Assembly (NCBI GenBank): GCA_016713305.1
Contig: JADJPK010000007.1
Coordinates: 128,513 to 192,512 of the forward strand
DNA length: 64,000 nt
Source: Betaproteobacteria bacterium
Lineage (GTDB): Bacteria > Pseudomonadota > Gammaproteobacteria > Burkholderiales > Ga0077523
Direction of reading: 5' to 3'
The notes beneath the pieces are model-generated. The model did no database searches. It had not been told where the DNA came from and saw only the letters and a list, made by a program, of their open reading frames with translations. The position numbers and the translations under genes are program-made. Each line of letters opens with the position of its first letter. The first letter of the stretch is position 1. Positions 53,591-61,754 of the stretch are shown in pieces.

Positions 53591-54995
53591 TCAGAGGGAT
53601 TCCAGGAAACGCACCAGGGCGCTACGGTCGGTGAGGGGCGCGAGACGGAACGATTCGCGCGCGGGACGCGCCTGACCACCGTGCCAGAGGATCGCCTCCT
53701 GCAGCGTGCGTGCGCGGCCGTCGTGCAAGAAGCCCGCACGAGGGTTCACCACGTGAGCCAGTCCGATGCCCCATAGCGGTGGTGTACGCCAGTCGCCGCC
53801 CGACGCCGCGAAGTCCGGCCGGCCATCCGCGAGATCAGGTCCCAGGTCGTGGAGGAGGAGATCGGAGTAGGGGCGGATGGTCTGTCGGGAAAGCTGCGCG
53901 AAACGGGGGATTGCCGGTCGTCAGTTCCGGTACATGGCATTGGGAACAACCGAAATCGTTGAAAAGGTGCTCGCCGCGAAAGACGTCGGGTACGCGTTCG
54001 CCTCGGCGCGCCGGGACGGGCAGCAGACTCATGTAGACCGTCAGGTCCTCCAGTTGCCTCGCGTCCAGTTCAGGCGTGCCGCCGTGAGGTGCGCGTGCGC
54101 ACTCGACCTGCGGAGCTGCGCAGTTTTCCGTCCGGAACAGGTCGGAGGTGATGCCCATGTCGCCCCAGGCAGCCGCGGCGTTCTGCTGCCGCAGGTGCGG
54201 CTGGTTGGACTTGAGCCCGAACCGGCCCGTCACGAGTTCGCCCTTGCGCACGTCTAGTACCCTGTTGACGCGGCTCGCACCCATGCCGGGCCTTTCGGCG
54301 AGGGCGCGCAAGGTGGTTTCGTCCACGGCCTCCAGCAGCCCCAGCCCGTACACCGGAGGGGCAACGCGGGCAGACATCAGCAATTGCACCTTCGGCGCGC
54401 CGAAACGCAGGTTGTGCAGGGTGAACACCGGGCGGCGTAGTTCCACGGACTCTCCCCCGGCAAGTGTGACGCGCTCGATCGTGTACGTGACGCGGGCCTC
54501 CCCCTCACCCGGTATGCCGGGGATGCCCGACTCGTTGATCTGGTCACCGTAGGCCGGATGAGGATGCGGGGGTTCATCCGGAAGTGCGCCCGGCTGGCTG
54601 ATGCGCATGAGCATGGCGCGCATTTCCTCGTCCGGACCGTCGGGCGCAAAACCACGCCCATTTCTGACGTGACATGCGCCACAGGACATCCGGTTGTAGA
54701 CGGGACCGAGACCGTCCACGGCTGCGTCCTCCGATGGTGCAACGACCCAGACTTGGCGGAACAGACTGCGTCCACGGAGAAAGGAGGCGCGCAGGTCGTC
54801 AGGAAGGCCCTCGGGGGCGAGGGAATAGGCGTCGCGGTGTTCCGCTCGCACGGTGAGCGATCCGCCGGCGCCACGCATCGTCCCCTCAACGGAATCGATA
54901 CCGGACCAGGATGCCGAAACGCAGAACGACAGGCCGAGCAGCGCGGACGTGCAACGGGCTGCAGGGGCTCGGAGGCGTACCGTCCTTCCCGACAA
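53591..54995 (-). pseudogene. Di-haem cytochrome c / DUF1111 family (putative peroxidase or thiol oxidoreductase), frame broken
   Basis: Two CxxCH sites (CGACHV, CSQCHVP). The C-terminus (QTIRPYSDLLLHDLGPDLADGRPDF..WRTPPLWGIG..FLHDGRARTLQEAILWHGG..) lies in another frame, ending at 53591. The break is in the run at 53898-53910. The 5' end (TTG 54995, which gives a signal-like ALLGLSFCVSASW) is tentative. Confidence 0.75.
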
Positions 54996-56307
54996 TGTCG
55001 GCAAGCCGGGTTGCGGCCGCCCGGGTGTGCACGTCGAAGAACCTGTCCCATTCGCGTTCGATCTCGGCTGCCCGGGCAAGCGCACGTGGGTCGCCACGGC
55101 GCCGCTCATCGAACGTGCGGTTCAGGTTGGCGTCCGCTGCCTGTTCGGCATTCAAAGGGAGCGCTTCGAGATGCCGGGTGGCGTCTTCGATCGCCTCCCG
55201 GCCGGCCCTGTCCGGACGGACTGCGTAAGCCTGTTCCGCTCGCCTGAGCTTTCGCAGCGCGTCGCGCAGGATGGGCTGTCGACGCGTGATCATCGCGTCG
55301 AAAAGCGCGGCGACGACGAGGGATCGCGCGATGCCTGTCGCCGGGTCGTAACGCAGCGCCAAGGCGTCGGGCGCGTCGAACGGACTGAGGCCGAAGGCGG
55401 ACGCATCCTGGTAAGACGATGGTCGCACGGATAGCTTGGCCACATCCGCGTCACCCAGGAGCTGCTGACCTTCGGGTGAGAGCAGAAATGCGACGAAGCG
55501 GTGCGCGGCCGCCGGATGCGCCGCATGGGTCAACACGCCGACGTGCGCGAACGAGTACCCGTTCGCCGTGGGACGCGTGAGGACGAACGGGGCTCCATTG
55601 GCGATGGCAGAACGAGCGAAGAAGTCGATGGTGAGGCCAACTGCCGCTTCGCCGCCACGTAGTTCATCGGAGATGAACGCGCCGCTGCCGTCGATCAACC
55701 GGTTGAATGCGGCGATACGCGACAGGAGAGACCAGCCGTCGCGCCATCCGAGGGACTGCAGCACACCGTCGACCAGGGTCGAGGCGAAGCCGACCTTCGA
55801 CGGAATGGGGAACAACACCAGGCCATCGAATCGTTCGTCGGCAAGATCCGACCACTCGCGCGGAATCGGCAGTCCGTGTACGGCCAGCGTGGCAGGAGCG
55901 CTGACGATGCCGAAGCTGGCCATCTCCACGCCCTCATACCGGCCCTGCGGGTCGGAGAACTGAAGCGGGCCGGCACGCCCGGGAAGCTGCGTGCGGTCGA
56001 CATCCAGGACCGCAAGCAGGCCTTCGTCCGAGAGGGCGATGAAGTTCCGATAGGCGGGGGACCAGTAGACATCGATTCGCGCATTCCGGTCACTGCGCAA
56101 CGAGGGAAGCGCGTCGTGAGGCATGCGCCACACGAATTGGATGTCGATGTCCGGATTGGCACGTTCGAACGCAGCTTCGAAACGGCTGAACACCTCCTCT
56201 GGATAGCTTGTGAGGACGACGACGTCCTCGCGTGCGTAAGCGGGAGAAAGAAGCGCGATTGCGAACGCCACAAAGACGTGCAAGACAGGGCAGGACAAGA
56301 GGCGCAT
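54886..56307 (-). CDS. Periplasmic solute-binding protein (Fe3+/FbpA-like PBP fold) with helical C-terminal extension
   Basis: Signal peptide MRLLSCPVLHVFVAFAIALLSPAYA followed by VVVLTSYPEEVF..IDVYWSP..GVLTHAAHPAAAHRFVAFLLSPEGQ. No cognate permease or ATPase is adjacent. The last ~35 codons overlap the next gene and may be spurious. Confidence 0.7.
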   Translation of the reverse strand: MRLLSCPVLHVFVAFAIALLSPAYAREDVVVLTSYPEEVFSRFEAAFERANPDIDIQFVWRMPHDALPSLRSDRNARIDVYWSPAYRNFIALSDEGLLAVLDVDRTQLPGRAGPLQFSDPQGRYEGVEMASFGIVSAPATLAVHGLPIPREWSDLADERFDGLVLFPIPSKVGFASTLVDGVLQSLGWRDGWSLLSRIAAFNRLIDGSGAFISDELRGGEAAVGLTIDFFARSAIANGAPFVLTRPTANGYSFAHVGVLTHAAHPAAAHRFVAFLLSPEGQQLLGDADVAKLSVRPSSYQDASAFGLSPFDAPDALALRYDPATGIARSLVVAALFDAMITRRQPILRDALRKLRRAEQAYAVRPDRAGREAIEDATRHLEALPLNAEQAADANLNRTFDERRRGDPRALARAAEIEREWDRFFDVHTRAAATRLADIVGKDGTPPSPCSPLHVRAARPVVLRFGILVRYRFR

Positions 56308-56389
56308 GAATTACTCCGAAAGCGCCGAAAACCGGCGGGAGATGGACGTGATCCTCCGTGCCATTTCTGCCAGGACAGCGCTTTCTTCT

Positions 56390-56413
56390 CGATATGTTGA
56401 CACAAATATAACG
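56390..56413. promoter_or_regulatory. ModE-operator-like Mo-box CGATATGTTGACACAAATATAACG between the TonB receptor and binding-protein genes
   Basis: It has the same 7-N10-7 dyad as the other three boxes and lies 83 nt upstream of the binding-protein ATG. Confidence 0.5.
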
Positions 56414-56465
56414 AACGCGATCGGGTGTCGAATCGGCACGGAAATATTGCTGCGGGGCCTGGAGC

Positions 56466-58474
56466 TCAGAAGCGATAGGAAGCATTGGCGAAGAGCGAAC
56501 GTCCGGGATTCGGAAAGCCGAAGTCCAACTGGTAGTTCTTGTCCAACAGATTGGTCACGCCCACTTCGGTCGAGACGTTGCGAACCGGTCGCCAGGTCAG
56601 CTTGACATTGAGCACGGCGAAACCGCCGACCTTGACGGTGTTGCTTGCCCAGCGGCCGCTGAACTGCTCGCCGAACGCGGTGACGTCCAGGGACTCGGCG
56701 GGCCGCCAGATCCCGAACAGCGTCAGTTTGGCCTGAGGAATGCCTGTCAGGCGCACGCCAGGATTCCTCTCGTTGCGCAGATGGAGGAATGTCGCGTTAC
56801 CGCCGAGTTCCAGGGATGTACCGACAGTAGAGCGCAAGCCGTCTCCGCGCCGACGATGCGGACCTCCGCCGACGTTCTGCTGCTGACAGAGGTTCGTCGA
56901 CGAGCAGGTGGCTGCGCCGTTCAGATTCACGCTCTGGATCTTGTCTTCGATCTTGTTCTGGAACAGCGCGAACTCCGCCTGTGCCGCGCCCCATGGGCGC
57001 CCCTGGTAGCCGACTTCGAAATTGCGTGCCTGTTCGGCGCGCAGGCTGGGGTTTTCGACATACGTATTGAGCCGCTGCGAATAGCGATCCTTGAGGGTCG
57101 GCAGGCGTGTCTTCTCGGCGAAGGTCGCGTACAGCCTCGCTGTCGGCGACAAGTCGTGGAAAAGACCGAATTGGGGATCGTTCGCTGTCTGCCTGCCGGG
57201 CAGTGAATAGGTCGGACCGGCGCCCGACTTGTAGACCCGGTCTGGATCGAGCGCGTGATGGGAGAATCCGATGGAGAGCGTGGTCCCGTCTCCGACGGAG
57301 ACCGCATCCTCGACAGCGAAGGTGCGAAGCGTGTCCGAGAAGTCTGCCCCGATAGCCGCGTTGGCATCTGTTTCCTCATGCTGGTCGCGCTTGTACTGGG
57401 CAATCAGCCGGACGGTGTTGCCAGGGAAGCGCCGGGATTCGAGCTCGATCGACCCGCCGAACGTGCGGTCCTCATAGATGCTGCGTCCCGTGGAGACACT
57501 GCCCGGACCGCTCGTCCTGAGCACCGAATAGCTTGCGTCCGTGAAGGTGTCGACCTCGTTGTCGAACTTGTCCAGGTACAGACGCAAGCGCAGGGACTCC
57601 CGCTCTCCAAGGCCGGTTCGTGAGATGAAGTAGAGGCTCTCCTTGTCCCAGAATGGCCACTGCCCGAAGCGGGCGGAAGCCGGGTCGGTCGAGGGTGGCT
57701 GTCCCTTCTTGCCGTTCTGCTGGAGATACGTGAGGGCGTACTCGTCGTCTCCCCGTGGGGTGAAGCCCAGTTTCAGCGACACCTTGTCGTCGCGGAAATG
57801 CGAGTTATTCCGCGTATTGCCGTCCTCTGTGGCGGTGGGCTGAAATCCGAAGACATCCGGAATCCGTCTGCGTCACGATACGAGACGCCTGCCTGGACGT
57901 ACCAGCGCTCGTGCCGGCTGCCCACGTTCGCATCGGCCCGATGCGCGTTCCCCTGGCCGATGCCCACGGTAACGTCGCCTTCCAGTTCCCGCGAGGGACG
58001 TCGCGAGATGAGATTGATCGCACCTCCCAGGGTGTTCGGTCCATACGCCACCGAGCTGAATCCCTTGGCCACCTGGATGCCGGAGAGATCCGCAGTTGCA
58101 AAGCGGCCGAAGTCGACATAGCCATCGTAGGGCACGTAGACCGGAATGCCATCTATGAACAGGGGCGTCTGGCGAGGGTCGTACCCCCGCATGTATACGG
58201 TTTGTTCGTTGCGGACATTGCTCGTGACCGCGATGCCAGACAAGAGGTTCAGCGCATCGCTCACCGTGGGCCGGTCGAATCGGCGGATCTCGTCTGCCGT
58301 GACGACGGACGAAACCTGTTCCGAAAGGATCTCGCCGACCTCGGGTCGCTTGGCCGTGACGAGAACCGTTCCGAGATGGAACACCCCGGCATCGGCGGCG
58401 AGTGCCGTGCAGGGGACCGAGAGGGCGAACACCGTGAGACACGACGTACGTGACATGAAATGGCCCTTGGGCAT
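56466..58474 (-). pseudogene. TonB-dependent outer-membrane receptor, frame broken
   Basis: The N-terminal part has a signal peptide (..CLTVFALSVPCTALA) and a plug (VTADEIRRF..YMRGYDPRQTPLFIDGIPV..GGAINLISRRP) in ORF 57773-58798. The barrel in ORF 56466-57782 ends in ..NASYRF. The break is in a C-run (minus strand) at 57836-57841. An alternative start exists at 58456. Confidence 0.85.
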
Positions 58475-58586
58475 GTCGACGGTTTCTCGGCCAGCCGCGT
58501 GTCCTCGATTGGGGCCGCTCTTGCGATACGGCAGGCGGATTTCGGATTCGGCACGACGCGACGCGCGAGTCATGCCGGTAGACAGG

Positions 58587-58610
58587 CCGGCAATTGCGTT
58601 ATAGTGTGCA
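58587..58610. promoter_or_regulatory. ModE-operator-like Mo-box CGTTATAGTGTGCAGAATATAACG upstream of the TonB receptor
   Basis: Perfect 7-bp inverted repeat CGTTATA/TATAACG with a 10-nt spacer, 113 nt upstream of the receptor ATG at 58474. Confidence 0.6.
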
Positions 58611-58721
58611 GAATATAACGATAGGCGGCAACATCCATCTCCATTTTTTGGGTTCGATGGATGCACACGGACGCCAAGATTCGCGAGGACACTGATCGCG
58701 CGCATCTGATAGTTGACATTG

Positions 58722-58745
58722 CGATATGTCCGGAACAACATAACG
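58722..58745. promoter_or_regulatory. ModE-operator-like Mo-box CGATATGTCCGGAACAACATAACG upstream of the porin-modA operon
   Basis: It has the same dyad architecture. It overlaps a possible TTGACA (58713-58718)-N17-CAACAT promoter and lies 100 nt upstream of the porin ORF. Confidence 0.55.
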
Positions 58746-58845
58746 CGGCATCCAGGCGCAGGTTCTTCCGCATCGGACTCGGGTTGACGGTGGGCCAACC
58801 GTCGAAACGCGGAGGACCTCCCGCGCCAAAAGGCGGTGCGGCCCG

Positions 58846-60434
58846 GTGAGGGGGCCGGCTGGGATCGCCCACGCAGCGGCTGCCGATGAACCGGAACCCA
58901 CCCTCAAGCGTGTGCAGCAGCTCGAATCCGTGGTGGAATCGCTGGCGGCGCAGCTGGATGCACTTCGCCTTGAACTACAGAACGCCAGACGTGAACTCGA
59001 AGCCGCCCGTGGGACGGCTACGCCTGCCGAGGCTCCGCCGGCCGGGCATGCCGCGGATCTGCCTCCCACCCGGCGCGAGTTGAATGAAGCGCTCGCCACA
59101 GCACAGGAGGCGAAGGAACAGGCCGCCTCCATCCAGCAACGCTTCGACCAGCAGGGGGTGCAGGCGAGCTTCACGGACGGCCTCACCTTCCAGGACCCGC
59201 GAGGCCGCTGGACGCTCAAGATGATGGGGAGGGCGCAGCTGGATTACCGCCATTTCCTCGGCGCCGAAGAAACGCTCGCCGACACCTTCAGCGTCCGCCG
59301 AGCCCGGCTGGGGGCGCAGGCCACGCTGTTCAAGGACTACCTGGTCCAAGTGGAAGGCGAGTTTTCGGGCAGCTCGGTCACCATGACCAACGGCTTTCTC
59401 GAATTGCAGTGGTTCCCGCGGCGAAGGTCCGCATGGGGCAGTTCAAGCCGCAGTTCGGTCTGGAGCAGACTCTGCTCGACTTGCAGAGCGATTTCCAGGA
59501 GCGATCCCTCACCCAGAACCTGCTCGACGGCAACGGTCTCAACTACGACCGGGGAATCATGGTTCACGGCGCACCGTGGAAGCCTGTCTACTACGCCGTG
59601 ATGGTGTCCAACGGGACGGGCGTGGGGCTGGACGAGCAAGGCCGCAACGCCTCCGAGGCCCGTGCGGACAGCAAGGATGTCACCTTGAGAGGTGTCGTCG
59701 ACTTCGCTCAACTGATCGACGTGCAGGACGCGGTCCTGCACGCAGGGTTGTCCTGGAAGTCAGGCAAGCAGGCCAACAGGCAGACGGCGCAGGCGGACGC
59801 CTTCGCCGCGCCGGCGTTCCGGACCGAGTCTCGCGGACTGACGTTCTTCACGCCGCAGTCTTTCTTCGGCGCGGGCGGCACGACGGGCGAGATCGAACGT
59901 ACGCTCCAGGCGTTCGAGATGTCGACCTCCTGGCGGTCGCTGCGTTTGACCGGAGAGTGGTGGAAGGGGACCTATGCGGGTGCCAGAACCCCCACGGCTG
60001 GAACCCCGGCGGAGTTCTCGCGCGACATTACGGCCAGTTACGTGAGCCTGCTGTGGCTCGCCAGTGGCGAGGTATGGTCCGACTACTACGGTGGCGGCTA
60101 CTGGCAGAAGGTGCGGCCCAACAACCGCTTCTCGTTCGAGCCGGGCGGGGGCTGGGGTGCGTGGGAGCTGGGTCTGCGCTACAGCCAGATGAATGCCTCC
60201 GACTTTCGCGGCACGAACGGCGCGGGTACTGGCCAGGTGTCCGCCACTGCCCCGGTGACTCAGGCGACCACCAAGGCCGACGCCTGGACGGCACAGATCA
60301 AGTGGATCCAGAACAACTACGCGCGCTGGCTGCTGAGCTACGTGCAGACGCGGTTCGATACGCCGGTCCTCGTCAACGGGGTGGCGATAGAGCGCGAGGA
60401 GGCCATCCTCTTCCGCGCACAGGTGGATTTCTGA
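58846..60434 (+). pseudogene. Phosphate-selective porin O/P (OprO/OprP) family anion channel, frame broken; 5' end unresolved
   Basis: Coiled-coil N-terminal region, then FTDGLTFQDPRGRWTLKMMGRAQLDYR..ELQWFP | AAKVRMGQFKPQFGLEQ.. through to ..ILFRAQVDF. The break is at 59416-59422. A signal-peptidase-like AHA-AAADE site is present, but no intact signal peptide or start codon could be found upstream. Confidence 0.75.
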
Positions 60435-60468
60435 TGATTACCAGAACGATGCAAGGCAGGAACCCGAA

Positions 60469-61224
60469 ATGAAGCGATTGAAGAACCTGATGTGTGCCGT
60501 GCTGCTGGGAACGGCTGCCGCAGGGAATGCCATGGCGGCGGACATCACCGTTTCCGCGGCATCGAGTCTGACCAACGCCTTCCAGGAGATCGGACGGCAG
60601 TTCGAGAAGGAACGCCCTCAAGACCGTGTCCTGTTCAACTTCGGATCCTCCGGGCAGTTGGTGCAGCAGATCGTCCGCGGAGCGCCGGTGGATGTGTTCG
60701 CTTCGGCCGACGAGGACTCCATGAACAAGGCGGAGAAGGAAGGGGCGATCGACCGCCCGTCTCGATTCGATTTCGCTCGCAACCTGCTTGTGCTGATCGT
60801 GCCGGTGGATTCGCGACTCACCGTGCGGACACTGCGTGACGTCTCCCAGCCGGCCTTCGGGCGGATCGCCATCGGCAATCCGGACTCGGTCCCAGCCGGG
60901 CGGTACGCCAAGGCGGCCCTGGAAAAGGCGGGCCTCTGGAGCGCGTTGCAGGACCGGCTCGTCAACACCGTGAATGTCAGGCAGGCGCTCGACTACGTGG
61001 CACGCGGCGAGGCCGACGCGGGATTCGTCTATGGCAGCGACGCCAGGCTCATGCCCTCCCGCGTGAGATCCGCGCTGGAAGTGGAGGTGCCGCAGCCGAT
61101 CCTCTATCCGGTGGCTGTCGTGAGGGGCGGCGGCAACAGGAGCGGAGGCGCGGCATTCGTCGCCTATCTCAAGTCAAGGGCCGCACTGGACATCCTGGTC
61201 AAGTACGGATTCCAGACGCCATGA
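60469..61224 (+). CDS. modA: Molybdate ABC transporter substrate-binding protein ModA
   Basis: Signal peptide followed by ITVSAASSLTNAF..FNFGSSGQL..VFASAD..IGNPDSVPAGRYA..VRQALDYVARGEADAGFVY. Confidence 0.9.
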   Translation: MKRLKNLMCAVLLGTAAAGNAMAADITVSAASSLTNAFQEIGRQFEKERPQDRVLFNFGSSGQLVQQIVRGAPVDVFASADEDSMNKAEKEGAIDRPSRFDFARNLLVLIVPVDSRLTVRTLRDVSQPAFGRIAIGNPDSVPAGRYAKAALEKAGLWSALQDRLVNTVNVRQALDYVARGEADAGFVYGSDARLMPSRVRSALEVEVPQPILYPVAVVRGGGNRSGGAAFVAYLKSRAALDILVKYGFQTP

Positions 61225-61361
61225 GCGCAGACGCATGACGCAAGGATCCTGCGGAACGCCCGCTCTCAGCGATAGGGTCGGCGCCATGGCTCGCTCTTGA
61301 CGGTCCGCGTCCGGGTTTTGCTCCACGCCGCTGCTATCATCCACGGCATCGTCGGCGAGGG

Positions 61362-61754
61362 GTGGACGTGACCATAGGCGGGTTCTTTGCGGTGGGGCTG
61401 GGCGCGGCGCTGGGCGCGTGGCTGCGCTGGATTCTCGGCGTCTTCTTCAATCCGCTCTTTCCCACCCTGCCGCTGGGCACGCTCGCTGCCAATCTCGGCG
61501 GCGGATATCTCATCGGGGTGGCGGTGGAGTTCTTCGGAACGCGCGCGGGTCTTCCCCCCGAGTACCGCCTGTTCGCGATCACCGGCTTTCTGGGCGGGCT
61601 GACGACCTTCTCGACCTTCTCGGCCGAGGCCGTCAATCTCTTTTCTCGCGGGCAGCTCGCGTGGGCGGCCGCGCACGTCGGGAGCCACCTGGCGGGATCG
61701 CTCCTCCTGACCATGCTGGGCATCCAGACCGTGCGATCGTTGCAGGGAGCATGA
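61362..61754 (+). CDS. crcB: Fluoride channel CrcB/FluC
   Basis: 130 aa with four TM helices, GTLAANLGGGYLIG and GFLGGLTTFSTF motifs. Confidence 0.9.
   Translation: MDVTIGGFFAVGLGAALGAWLRWILGVFFNPLFPTLPLGTLAANLGGGYLIGVAVEFFGTRAGLPPEYRLFAITGFLGGLTTFSTFSAEAVNLFSRGQLAWAAAHVGSHLAGSLLLTMLGIQTVRSLQGA

Noticed and set aside
58475-58845. Cobalamin riboswitch in the leader of the TonB-dependent receptor
   Set aside because: The minus strand has a fragment (GAAGAACCTGCGCC) reminiscent of a B12 box. The GGGAA/GGTG..AATCC/CCCGCCACTG core elements are absent, and the fragment lies upstream of the likely promoter/operator.
58661-58849. 62-aa ORF as a leader peptide or as the missing porin N-terminus
   Set aside because: It contains the Mo-box and putative promoter, has no signal-peptide-like hydrophobic core, and ends just before the porin frame. 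It is most likely non-coding.
61225-61361. Fluoride (crcB-motif) riboswitch expected upstream of crcB
   Set aside because: I could not find the conserved GGnGAUGG...AAACCGCC...GCUGAUGAUnCCUAC elements on the plus strand. The only partial resemblances are GCGATAGGGTCGGCGCC and GCTGCTATCATCC. A covariance-model search is needed to be sure.
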